NCBI GenBank assembly: GCA_043801885.1
Contig: JAZDLP010000167.1
Location: 1-47,338 of the forward strand
Reading direction: 5' to 3'
DNA: 47,338 nucleotides
DNA from: Planctomycetota bacterium
Lineage (GTDB): Bacteria; Planctomycetota; SZUA-567; H5-PLA8
In this document: in pieces, positions 8,081 through 17,164 of the stretch
How positions within the stretch are numbered: position 1 is the first letter of the stretch
Layout: the number at the start of each line of letters is the position of its first letter
Notes under the pieces: model-generated
The model's database searches: none
What the model saw: the letters and a program-made list of their open reading frames with translations, nothing else
What the model was told of the DNA's origin: nothing
Position numbers and translations under genes: made by a program

Positions 8081-11000
8081 CACTTATGTTCCGCTTTCAT
8101 TGCCGCCAGTTCACCGGCATCGAGTTTAGCGATATTCACCAAAAACGCTTTAAATTCAGGGATTTGAGTGTTCGCATCGCCAACGGTTGGAGTGAGCCGA
8201 TTGGCGCTACGTGGCATGCTATTATTTGCGGCTCGCGGCATAACCCAGCCGAAATGCCACGGCAAGCCGACTTGATGAACCGTCTTGCCTTGAATCGTAA
8301 ACGGCTTCAATCGAAGCGTGGGCATCGCTACGGCAATTACTTTCCCGCGCTTGCTCCATATTTTGATGAGATCGCCAGCTTTGATATTCTTCTCACGAGC
8401 CAACTCCAGGCTCATCTCGACAAAAACTTCCGGTTGCAGTTCCAAAAGCCACGGAGTATGTCGAGTCATCACGCCAGTTTGCCAATGCTCGGTAACACGA
8501 TAAGTTGAGCAAACGTAAGGATACTCCGAACTGCCACACGCGGCGCGAAGATCCGCCGGACCTGACCATACTCGAGCGGCTGGATTCAACATCTGTCCGT
8601 TGAAAGGATTGGCAGTCAACGGCGATTCAAGCGGCTCGTAATGCTCCGGGAATGGCCCATCCGCCAAATCGGAACTGAAAAGCCTGCCGAATCCGTCGTT
8701 GGTCATAATAAACGGAAGTCTGCCCTTCTCCGCATCCGCAGGCGGCGGCCAAGGACCATCGGGAACATCGCCGATCCATTTGCCATCTTTCCAAGTAATA
8801 ACAGCGCGCTTGGGGTCATACGGTTGGCCTTGCGGATCTACTGAAGCGCGATTGTAGAGAATGCGACGATTGACCGGCCAACTCCACGCCCACTTCGGAT
8901 GCAGACCGAGACCATCGGTCTCATCCCGCTTCCGTCGTGCGGCCATGTTTCCATCGTTCGTGTACGAGCCGCAATAAATCCAACTGCCAGATGAGGTCGA
9001 ACCGTCGGCTTGCAACTTTGCAAACGCGGGAACCAATTCGCCCGCTTTATAGGTTTCAGAGGGAGTGCCTGGGATGGTGACATCCCGCACGAAATAGCCG
9101 TTGATCTCCTTGCCCATAACGTGCGGCAGGAAGTCGCCGCGTTCATCGAAATAGTCCCACTTTAGCTTGAGAATCGGCTCCGGGAACGCGCCGCCTTCGG
9201 TGGCGTAGAGTTTTTTCAGCTCTTGATAAATCAAGTTCATGATATCGGCGTCTGGTTTGGATTCGCCAAGCGGATCCGAAGCTTTGTAGCGCCATTGCAT
9301 CCAGCGGCCAGAGTTAGTCAGACTGCCTTCCTTCTCCACGGAGACCGCAGCCGGCAAAACGAAGACTGCGGTCTTGATGTCCGCGGCACTGATCTTTTTT
9401 CCAGTGTCCGCTTCACACAGGTTTTGATCTTGAAAAAACCATCCAGTCTCGCTCGGAAAGATATTGACATTCACCATCCAGTCCAACTTAGTCAAAGCCT
9501 GACGCGTTTTGACTGCATTGGCGCTGCTGCAGGCGGGGTTCTGTCCCCAAGCGAAGAATCCTTTCACGTTGCCCTTCAGCATCTCATCGAAAATCGTCAG
9601 CCACGAATGATCCACGCCATCATCAATCTTCGGCAGCCACTCATAGCCGAATCCGTTTTCTTTAGTCGCCGCCGCGCCAAACGTTGACTTCAGAAAACTC
9701 ACGGCATATTTCGGATAATTACCCCACCAATTCGCGCTCTGCTTGCCCACGGCTTTAGGAGTATGCTTGGTTAAATAGGCGTCGAGTGTGGACAATGAGG
9801 CTGTCGGTATTTTTAAGTAGCCGGGCAAGATATTGAACAAAAGTCCGTGATCACACGCGCCTTGAACATTCGCTTCGCCGCGCATCGCGTTGACGCCGCC
9901 GCCGGCGCGACCGATGTTGCCAAGCAGTAATTGCACAAGCGACATGGCTCTGATGTTTTGTACGCCGACGGTATGTTGCGTCCAACCCATGGCATACATG
10001 ATCGTGCCGACTTTGTCCGGCGCGCCCGTGGCCGCGAAAGTCTCATAGACTCGCTGGAGATCTTCAATCGGAGTTCCGGTAACACTCGAAACTTTCTTCA
10101 AGTCATAGCGCGAGTAGTGCTGTTTCAGCAGTTGATAGACACAGCGCGGGTTTTGGAGCGACGAATCCTTTACTTGTTCGCCGTTCGCATCCGTCTGAAA
10201 CTGCCAACTTTCTTTGCTGTAGCGACGCTTTTCCGCGTTGTAATCAGAGAACAAGCCGGCGACCGCATCGAAATTGAAGCCGTCTTTAACCACTAATGCG
10301 GCATTCGTGTAATTGACGACATAATCTTTATGAATCAGATCGTTGTCCAGAATAAACTTAATCATTCCGCCCAGAAACGCGATGTCCGTGCCTGAACGCA
10401 ACCGCGCATAAACGTCGGCCAATGCCGAAGTGCGCGTGAAGCGCGGATCAACATGGATAATCTTTGCGCCTTTGTCTTTGGCTCGCAGTACCCACTTGAA
10501 TGACACGGGGTGATTTTCGGCAGGATTGGCGCCCATAATTATAACGCAATCGCTGTTCTTTAAATCTATCCAGTGATTAGTCATCGCGCCACGGCCAAAA
10601 GACGCCGCCAAACTGGTGACTGTGGATGAATGACATAATCGCGCTTGATGTTCTATGTTGACCAGCCCCATGCAACGAAGAAATTTCTGATACAACCAGC
10701 ATTCTTCGTTATCCAAAGCGGCACTGCCTACCGAGGCGATTGTTTTGACGCGATTGACCGTTTCGCCTTTTGCATTTTTCAATTCAAAATCAGCGTCACG
10801 AGTCTTCTTGATTTTCAGAGCAATCTCTTTCGCCGCCCACTTCCAGTCCTTCACCACAAAATCGGACGCTCCGGGAGCGCGGTACAACACTTGCTTTAGT
10901 CGTTTGTCGTTATCGGTTAGCTGACGAAGCGATGAACCTTTCGGACATAAAGCGCCTTCGCTGATAGGGTGATCCGGATCGCCCTCGAGATTCGTAACCA

Positions 11001-11247
11001 CTCGATGGCCATCTCGCGTTTCTGACATAACAATCGCGCCACAGCCGACGGCGCAATACGGGCAGATGGTGGTGGTGATCTTGGACCGCTTGATTGAAGC
11101 TGCCTTGCCATCCGCAAGCGCAACCGCCGAACTAAGATTCAATCCGAGAAACCCTAATCCTCCGACTGCTGCTGTATTGCCGATGAAGCTACGCCTGCTA
11201 ATCCCCACGTCTGTTCCTCCCAGAAAGCGCTTCGTTACTAAATTCAC
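8080..11247 (-). CDS. fdnG: formate dehydrogenase catalytic (alpha) subunit, molybdopterin oxidoreductase, Tat-exported, Cys type
   Basis: Twin-arginine signal ISRRSFIG. 4Fe-4S motif CPYCAVGCG. HQARLCHSSTV aligns with the E. coli FdnG HQARVUHGPTV region, with Cys in place of Sec. 1055 aa, uninterrupted. Confidence 0.9.
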   Translation of the reverse strand: MNLVTKRFLGGTDVGISRRSFIGNTAAVGGLGFLGLNLSSAVALADGKAASIKRSKITTTICPYCAVGCGAIVMSETRDGHRVVTNLEGDPDHPISEGALCPKGSSLRQLTDNDKRLKQVLYRAPGASDFVVKDWKWAAKEIALKIKKTRDADFELKNAKGETVNRVKTIASVGSAALDNEECWLYQKFLRCMGLVNIEHQARLCHSSTVTSLAASFGRGAMTNHWIDLKNSDCVIIMGANPAENHPVSFKWVLRAKDKGAKIIHVDPRFTRTSALADVYARLRSGTDIAFLGGMIKFILDNDLIHKDYVVNYTNAALVVKDGFNFDAVAGLFSDYNAEKRRYSKESWQFQTDANGEQVKDSSLQNPRCVYQLLKQHYSRYDLKKVSSVTGTPIEDLQRVYETFAATGAPDKVGTIMYAMGWTQHTVGVQNIRAMSLVQLLLGNIGRAGGGVNAMRGEANVQGACDHGLLFNILPGYLKIPTASLSTLDAYLTKHTPKAVGKQSANWWGNYPKYAVSFLKSTFGAAATKENGFGYEWLPKIDDGVDHSWLTIFDEMLKGNVKGFFAWGQNPACSSANAVKTRQALTKLDWMVNVNIFPSETGWFFQDQNLCEADTGKKISAADIKTAVFVLPAAVSVEKEGSLTNSGRWMQWRYKASDPLGESKPDADIMNLIYQELKKLYATEGGAFPEPILKLKWDYFDERGDFLPHVMGKEINGYFVRDVTIPGTPSETYKAGELVPAFAKLQADGSTSSGSWIYCGSYTNDGNMAARRKRDETDGLGLHPKWAWSWPVNRRILYNRASVDPQGQPYDPKRAVITWKDGKWIGDVPDGPWPPPADAEKGRLPFIMTNDGFGRLFSSDLADGPFPEHYEPLESPLTANPFNGQMLNPAARVWSGPADLRAACGSSEYPYVCSTYRVTEHWQTGVMTRHTPWLLELQPEVFVEMSLELAREKNIKAGDLIKIWSKRGKVIAVAMPTLRLKPFTIQGKTVHQVGLPWHFGWVMPRAANNSMPRSANRLTPTVGDANTQIPEFKAFLVNIAKLDAGELAAMKAEHK

Positions 11248-11292
11248 AAATTATGTTTTCTTATAATAGACCATTCAATAATCGCAAGAATA

Positions 11293-11419
11293 AAAAACGC
11301 AACCGTTCAGTCTATTTTTAGCCACAGAGGACACAGAGAATTTTGATTTTTAAGTTTCTATTCATCTCTGCGTACCTCTGTGTCCTCTGTGGCTCTATGG
11401 TGAACGGTTACTAAAAAAC
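11293..11419. mobile_element. MITE-like hairpin element (copy B)
   Basis: AAAAAACGCAACCGTTCA...GCCACAGAGGACACAGAGA...TCTCTGCGTACCTCTGTGTCCTCTGTGGC...TGAACGGTTACTAAAAAAC. Nearly perfect 127-bp palindrome. Confidence 0.8.
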
Positions 11420-11494
11420 GATAACCGGGGTATAGGGGTATATAAGTCTTTTGGCGATGTTCTCTACCGTCTTTTCTGTATATCATTATGCGCC

Positions 11495-13222
11495 ATGCGA
11501 TCTCTCGCGCTGAATTGGTTTATCGTGGCAGTGTTTGGTTTCATCATCGCCGCTATTTGGGTGATCCCATATCGCCTCAGTTCCGGGCCGAACGGTTACT
11601 ACACCTTTGGCTACTTTTCTGATGAGTACACATATGCTCACCGCATTCAAACTTTGATTCCCGATACGACCAGCACGAATCCCGTCAATGGGATTTGCGA
11701 CCCGAACGTGATCTCGCCATTCTTTCTTGAAGATGCCTGTCGCGCTGTGATCACATTTCTACGCATGGATGTGATTTATTTCTTCTGGATTTGGCGATTC
11801 GCCTTTCCGATCATTCTGGCTGGGTTGCTGATATTTCTGACGTTTCAGTGTTTGCCGCGGTCTCACAAGTTGTGGTCACAATCTCTGCGGTTCGCTGTGG
11901 CCGCAGCGGCATTGGCGCTGTTGTACTGCGTCTACGATCTCGTTACGCCCTTTCCGCCGTTACAGGGGTGGCTGCACCGAATACCTACAAACATCGAATA
12001 CCTTCTCGCTATTTTGATGGCCTCTCTCTACGTGCGAATGTTGAGAGCGCCTTCGGTTAGTCGCGGCGCCATGCTGGCAATTGCTTGCGCCGCCACCGTT
12101 TACTTGCGGTTCTACACGGCGGTTCCATGGGCGCTGCTGATTGGTTCGAGTCTGATCTTTTTCGTAGTGGTCCGCGCAGTTCCTGTGCGAGTGGCCGTGG
12201 TGACAGCGGTCGTGTTGCTGCTCGCGCTATTGCCATGGTTTATAGCGCTATACACGAACAATGGCTCGGCAGTATACGCGCAAATGTTCGAACGGTATTA
12301 TGGCCAATTCTCCTGGCGCGTTCATCCAAAATGGCTGCTGTACTGTAGTTTTGCAAGCGCGTTCATCGCGGTCTCACGGTTAGTGTTGCGTCCCTGGCGG
12401 GAGTTACTGGTCATCGCCGGCCTGACGCTAGTGGCGCTCATTTTTTTGACCGGCTGGCTGCCGATGGCTAAAGAACTGATAAATCTGGAACGCTATGGCT
12501 GGTTCTATCTGGTGATGCTGGTGTGGGCGATGATGCTGTGTGTGGCCCAATGGAGCGCGAGTTGGCATGGCCGATCAGGTCTGCAACTTGCGAATCGAAC
12601 AGTGCTAATGCTGGGGGTGGTTTCGTTGATTGGCGCTGGAATTCTCGCGTTCAAGAATTGTCGCGCTGATCTTTTTGCCTGCAAGTTCAGTCCTTACCCG
12701 AGCGTAGTGGCTGATCTGAAATATCTGAAGGCTTACAACTGGATCGCACAAAACACTCCCGCCAATGCCTTGTTCCTAGTTGATAGCGGCTACGATTGGT
12801 CTCAAGTCCCTCAAGGTAACGAGCAGCGCGCCTGGCAGAAGTTTATCATGCAGGATGATCTATTTCTGTTGGCGCGCCGTCGCCGCATCTACCATATCCG
12901 GATTTATGGAAATATACTCTCTCACGTTGACTACCAAGCGTTGTGCGAACTTCAATACGGAACCTTTGGCGCCCCCGTCGGCTACCCACTGGACCAGCGA
13001 GCATATATTGCTGCGCTAATACGTTTCACGCCGAGCTATGTACTGTGGCGCAAGACCGCGCCCGTACCGCGAAACAATGGCGCGCTACTGCGCGACATGG
13101 CGCAGGTAGTGTATTCTGATGATATCTGCGAGATTTGGAAACTGCGCTACTCCGATGAAGCGATGATACGCCTGTTAGCGGATGTTCAGTCTCATTCTAC
13201 TTTTGTTCCTCCACGGCAATAA
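11495..13222 (+). CDS. polytopic inner-membrane protein, function unknown (possibly a glycosyltransferase-like fold)
   Basis: 575-aa ORF with more than 10 hydrophobic helices. No family motif recognised with certainty. Confidence 0.6.
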   Translation: MRSLALNWFIVAVFGFIIAAIWVIPYRLSSGPNGYYTFGYFSDEYTYAHRIQTLIPDTTSTNPVNGICDPNVISPFFLEDACRAVITFLRMDVIYFFWIWRFAFPIILAGLLIFLTFQCLPRSHKLWSQSLRFAVAAAALALLYCVYDLVTPFPPLQGWLHRIPTNIEYLLAILMASLYVRMLRAPSVSRGAMLAIACAATVYLRFYTAVPWALLIGSSLIFFVVVRAVPVRVAVVTAVVLLLALLPWFIALYTNNGSAVYAQMFERYYGQFSWRVHPKWLLYCSFASAFIAVSRLVLRPWRELLVIAGLTLVALIFLTGWLPMAKELINLERYGWFYLVMLVWAMMLCVAQWSASWHGRSGLQLANRTVLMLGVVSLIGAGILAFKNCRADLFACKFSPYPSVVADLKYLKAYNWIAQNTPANALFLVDSGYDWSQVPQGNEQRAWQKFIMQDDLFLLARRRRIYHIRIYGNILSHVDYQALCELQYGTFGAPVGYPLDQRAYIAALIRFTPSYVLWRKTAPVPRNNGALLRDMAQVVYSDDICEIWKLRYSDEAMIRLLADVQSHSTFVPPRQ

Positions 13223-13278
13223 ACGGTTACGATTTTTCTCCTTTTTACTTTCTCCTTATTTACTTTTACCTTATTAGT

Positions 13279-13860
13279 ATGGCGTGTTTGACAGGAAAGA
13301 AAATTATCCTCGGCGTCAGTGGCGGCATCGCTGCGTATAAATCTTGCGACTTGGTCTCTCGTTTGGTTAAGGCGGGCGCGTCAGTTCAGGTAGTGATGAC
13401 AAAAAACGCGTGCAAGTTTATTACGCCTTATACGTTCGAAGCGCTTACCGGCCAGCCGTGTCTCACCACTCTTTTTCGGCGCATCAAACTACAAGACACT
13501 CCATTTTCACATATCGAGCCGGTTCGCAACGCCGATTTAGTCATCATTGCGCCAGCTACCGCCAATCTGATGGCCAAACTGGCGCATGGCTTGGCTGACG
13601 ACCTGCTTTCCACGCTGATGTTGTCCGTGCGTTGCCAGGCGCTCATCTGCCCGGCGATGAACGTTCAGATGTGGGAACATCCGGCCACTCAAGCCAACGT
13701 GAAGACGTTGAAGAGTTATGGCTATAAGTTGCTCGGACCTGACATCGGCCACCTGGCCTGTGGCATGCACGGCGCGGGGCGTCTGGTTGAACCGTCCGAA
13801 ATCGTTAAAGCTGCCTGTCGCGCGTTAAAGTCGCTGCCAAAGTGTACTGCGCACGGTTGA
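13279..13860 (+). CDS. coaC: phosphopantothenoylcysteine decarboxylase (stand-alone flavoprotein CoaC)
   Basis: KKIILGVSGGIAAYK flavin-binding N-terminus; PAMN and ACG motifs. 193 aa, with no CoaB half. Confidence 0.8.
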   Translation: MACLTGKKIILGVSGGIAAYKSCDLVSRLVKAGASVQVVMTKNACKFITPYTFEALTGQPCLTTLFRRIKLQDTPFSHIEPVRNADLVIIAPATANLMAKLAHGLADDLLSTLMLSVRCQALICPAMNVQMWEHPATQANVKTLKSYGYKLLGPDIGHLACGMHGAGRLVEPSEIVKAACRALKSLPKCTAHG

Positions 13861-13914
13861 AATTTTGGAACTGCGGTGAACGGCTGCGAGTCAATCGTAA
13901 TTGGAGGCACAAAC

Positions 13915-14265
13915 ATGGCATTTCACATCTTGCGCATCTGTTACGCACTTCTGTTGACACTTTGTCTTGGCGTAATATCAGCTCAACAGTCGGCGGCAGA
14001 GGAGGATTCGAGGCCGGTGTTGCCGACTTTTACGAACGTGACCGAATTGGCGGGGCTTAAGAGTAAGAGCAAAGATCAGTTCTATTCATGGTGCGATTAC
14101 AACAACGACGGCTTTCTCGATCTATTGACTTTTGGCCAGTCGCAGGCAGGCAGCCAAGAGTACAACTTGATGCTCTTGAAAAATAATGGCAACGGGAATC
14201 ACTGGATAGAATTGAGGTTCACTGGCCGACTGGACGAATTCAGTTCATCAAAAATGTTGCGGTGA
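13915..14265 (+). pseudogene. internally deleted remnant of a CRTAC1/ASPIC-UnbV (FG-GAP repeat) secreted protein
   Basis: GGAGG RBS, signal peptide, FTNVTELAGL, one FG-GAP repeat (CDYNNDGFLDLL) and NHWIELRFTG, then a stop. A shifted frame right after (about 14232-14275) reads IQFIKNVAVNQIITVDEP, which looks like the normal C-terminus of this family. Confidence 0.45.
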
Positions 14266-14303
14266 ACCAGATTATCACCGTGGATGAACCAGTGCGCCAT
14301 ATA

Positions 14304-15311
14304 TCAAATAATTTCTTTCTGAGTCTGCAACACGGTCAACAGCTTCTGATCAGCGCCCAGCAGTTTCATCGCATCATTGTGTTCCGTACAAAACACATCA
14401 AACAATAAATTTACTCGCTCTTCAAACGCTCCGCCCTTACAGATCAACGTCAATAGTTTTAAGACAAACAGTGGCGCGTGGAATTTTAATTTGACGCGGC
14501 CGACGCGAGCCAGTGTCATGTCCACCAGATCCAACACGGTGATAGTCTCCGGCCCCGCCAGACAGTAAATCCCCGGCTGGATGTTTTCCTCATGCGGCAG
14601 AAAGAAAGAGACGCAACAGCGCGCCATATCGCGCACATGCAGAGGCTGCAAGACTGTGCCGCCATATCCCATAATACCCATGAACAACGACGATACTCGC
14701 GCCTTACGTAGAATGTCCGTCAGAAAGCCATCGTGAGGCCCCATCAGCAAGCCGGTGCGCACACAGAAATCCTCGCACTGGCACATTTGAACCAACATTT
14801 CCGCCTCAGCCGCGGCTCGCAATGCGGACGACGCGGACTTCGGATGCGCCCCTAGCGCCGAATGATAAACCAGTTTGCGAACTGCGGTATTCTGCGCGGC
14901 GTTGACCACGCGGCGAACATCTTCTACATGTGTCTCAGCGCGATCAGCGCGTCCGGTTAACGTGATGGGCGAAAGAAATACCACGCCATATGCACCCGTT
15001 ACCACTGCCGCCACGGCCTGCGGCGAGTCCAGATCGCCACGAATGACTTCAATAGTCGGCGCCGCCGGATCAGACGACTGCGTTACATTCTGCCGCACCG
15101 CTTGTTCCACAGCTTCATTTGGACAGAGCGCTCGAACAGAAATGCCCCGATCAAGCAGCTCACGCGCCAGAGCTATGCCAGAAAAAAGAATCTCTCCCAC
15201 CACAGCTACTTTGCGTCGAGATTCGGGCGGCGCAACTGGCTTAACTTCCACAGGCGCCGTCAATATCTTCGATTCGTCTGTCATAAAGTCTCCAAATTCA
15301 TCATTCATCAC
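14304..15311 (-). CDS. NAD(P)-binding Rossmann-fold (NmrA/SDR-like) protein with degenerate glycine motif
   Basis: VAVVGEILFSGIALARELLDRG replaces the canonical GxxGxxG. Overlaps the ispF stop by 11 nt, so probably cotranscribed. Confidence 0.6.
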   Translation of the reverse strand: MMNDEFGDFMTDESKILTAPVEVKPVAPPESRRKVAVVGEILFSGIALARELLDRGISVRALCPNEAVEQAVRQNVTQSSDPAAPTIEVIRGDLDSPQAVAAVVTGAYGVVFLSPITLTGRADRAETHVEDVRRVVNAAQNTAVRKLVYHSALGAHPKSASSALRAAAEAEMLVQMCQCEDFCVRTGLLMGPHDGFLTDILRKARVSSLFMGIMGYGGTVLQPLHVRDMARCCVSFFLPHEENIQPGIYCLAGPETITVLDLVDMTLARVGRVKLKFHAPLFVLKLLTLICKGGAFEERVNLLFDVFCTEHNDAMKLLGADQKLLTVLQTQKEII

Positions 15312-15783
15312 TCATCTTTACCTGTGCAATGGCGAAAGCTTCGACGGCTTCGCCTTTACCCACCGAATCCAACCCTTCGCCAGTCTTAGCTTTGATATTT
15401 ACACGGTGGCGGGGGATTTTCAGAGTGTCGGCGATATTACTGCTCATCTCCTGTTTCAGACGCACGAGTTTAGGAGATTCCAAATGGATGGTCGCGTCCA
15501 CATTAACTGGCTCGTATCTAGCATTTTTCAGAATGGCCAGAGTTTGGGCAAGCAGTTCGATGGAGTTGGCGTCCTTCCATTTCGCATCACTGTCAGGAAA
15601 GTAATGTCCGATATCGCCCAGACCAGCGGCACCGAGCAGTGCGTCAATGACGGCGTGAGTCAGCGTGTCGGCGTCAGAATGCCCCATCGCGCCTTTAGAC
15701 GATTCAACCGCTACGCCGCCCAAGATCAGTTTCTTACCCGGGATCAGCCGATGCTTGTCCGTTCCAATACCAACGCAGATCAT
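15301..15783 (-). CDS. ispF: 2-C-methyl-D-erythritol 2,4-cyclodiphosphate synthase
   Basis: GHSDADTLTHAVIDALLGAAGLGDIGHYFPDSD motif block; 160 aa. Confidence 0.92.
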   Translation of the reverse strand: MICVGIGTDKHRLIPGKKLILGGVAVESSKGAMGHSDADTLTHAVIDALLGAAGLGDIGHYFPDSDAKWKDANSIELLAQTLAILKNARYEPVNVDATIHLESPKLVRLKQEMSSNIADTLKIPRHRVNIKAKTGEGLDSVGKGEAVEAFAIAQVKMSDE

Positions 15784-15791
15784 AAATATCT

Positions 15792-15898
15792 CGTAACCGT
15801 GTAGTTTATTTTTACCACAGAGCCACAGAGAACACAGAGAAACTTATAAGATTCTTCTCTGCGTTCTCCGCGCCTCCGCGTGAACACTTATAAAAAAA
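15792..15898. mobile_element. MITE-like element (copy C1) with GTGAACACTTA-type right end
   Basis: CGTAACCGT...CCACAGAGCCACAGAGAACACAGAGA...GCGCCTCCGCGTGAACACTTAT. The right end matches 19257-19280. Confidence 0.7.
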
Positions 15899-16020
15899 AG
15901 TAACCGTTCACCACGAAGGCACGAAGACACAAAGATGAACAGATTTGAAAAGTAGTTATTGAGTCTAGTTTATCTAAAGTTAAGTGCGTTACTACTCTGT
16001 GGTGAACGGTTACAAAAAAA
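15899..16020. mobile_element. MITE-like element (copy C2), an internally deleted derivative of the 19015-19287 copy
   Basis: 15900-15991 matches 19024-19115 with 2 mismatches in about 92 nt. Ends with GTGGTGAACGGTTAC. Confidence 0.85.
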
Positions 16021-16029
16021 ATAATAATT

Positions 16030-16056
16030 GGATTGCAGGCGAGACGTCTGCGCTAC
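16030..16056. repeat. palindromic element, variant copy (GGATTGCAGGCGAGACGTCTGCGCTAC)
   Basis: Similar to 213-239. Abuts the stop codon of the 16057-17025 gene and, on the minus strand, is followed by a T8 run. May act as a terminator. Confidence 0.7.
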
Positions 16057-17025
16057 TTATTTGACGTAGTCTTTGAGTTGTTCGATTTCGTTTTTTGCCT
16101 GTTCAGCATACGACGTATCGGGGAATTTTTCAATCACTTGTCGCAGCTTTTCAATGGCCATCTGAGGCTTGTTATTAGCCAGGTAGTTCTTGGCCAGATT
16201 CAGCATCGGCCTGGCTTCCTTGTCCGCCTTGATATTTATCTCGGCCTTGAGCTTGGCGCGCATCCCCTCGTTTTTATTGAAGTCATCAAGTTTACGGGCC
16301 GCTTTCAGAGCCGGCACTGAATTTTCATAGCGCGGATTAGACGCGATGGACCTGTACAGATTACTCGCGTCCAGCAATTTGTCGTTTGCCTCGAGCGACT
16401 CGGCCTGCGCCAACTCAATATATCCGGCTACTTCCGAACGACTCTTTAGATTAATCACTTTGCGCATCGCCACTTCGCAGGTTTTGGTCTTTGGAAAATC
16501 GTGAAGAATCGTCGTCAGCAGTTCGACTTCCTTAACAAAATCCTGCTTTAGGTCGAAGTCCACAGCGTCGCTCAGCATTTGCTTGGCTATATCCTCCATC
16601 TCCACCAACCGATTGCGCGAAGTCTCGACAAACATTTCGACGCCAGGCACCGTAGCCAGCACAATCAAATCATAGAACGATCCAGCGGTTCGAAACTGCT
16701 TCTCTTTAAACGCCGCTTCGGCCTTATTGAACAGTTCCTTAATTGAATTGAGATTATTCAAGGTCTTCTCTTTGTAGTCGGCCAGATTTTTGGCTTTATT
16801 TTCTTTGTCTTTGCGATGCTGTTCTGTCTCCTTGTAATCGGCTCGCTGTTCCGGCGTCATCTTGGAAGTATCCGCAACTCGCCGTTCGGCTGCGGCACGG
16901 TCATCCTTGAATTTCGCTTCCTTCTTCGCCTTTTCCTCAGAAGTCTCCTCGCCTTCGCACCAAGCTCGCCCAAGCAAAGCCAGCGTCATCATCAAGACCA
17001 ATGCTCTCGAAATCGTTATTTTCAT
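16057..17025 (-). CDS. secreted TPR-like/coiled-coil protein (BamD/YbgF-like C-terminal repeats)
   Basis: Signal peptide MKITISRALVLMMTLALLGRAWC. KE-rich region. C-terminal TPR-like NYLANNKPQMAIEKLRQVIEKFPDTSYAEQAKNEIEQL. Confidence 0.65.
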   Translation of the reverse strand: MKITISRALVLMMTLALLGRAWCEGEETSEEKAKKEAKFKDDRAAAERRVADTSKMTPEQRADYKETEQHRKDKENKAKNLADYKEKTLNNLNSIKELFNKAEAAFKEKQFRTAGSFYDLIVLATVPGVEMFVETSRNRLVEMEDIAKQMLSDAVDFDLKQDFVKEVELLTTILHDFPKTKTCEVAMRKVINLKSRSEVAGYIELAQAESLEANDKLLDASNLYRSIASNPRYENSVPALKAARKLDDFNKNEGMRAKLKAEINIKADKEARPMLNLAKNYLANNKPQMAIEKLRQVIEKFPDTSYAEQAKNEIEQLKDYVK

Positions 17026-17164
17026 CGTAATTTACTCCTATTCTCAAAGTATAGGAATTTCGCAACCGTTCAGTTATTACTCTAAACTTAAGACGATATT
17101 ATAGAAAATTTTACTGCACAACGAAATGTTTTTTCTATCAAAACGTGACGATCACGCCGGGAAT

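Noticed and set aside
8080-11247. Selenocysteine-containing formate dehydrogenase
   Set aside because: The ORF is uninterrupted, and the position homologous to Sec in E. coli FdnG is a Cys codon (ARLCHSSTV).
14875-15804. 309-aa ORF on the + strand
   Set aside because: It is antisense to ispF and the Rossmann-fold gene, both of which have clear family motifs. Its composition is Ser/Arg/Thr-rich, typical of a shadow ORF.
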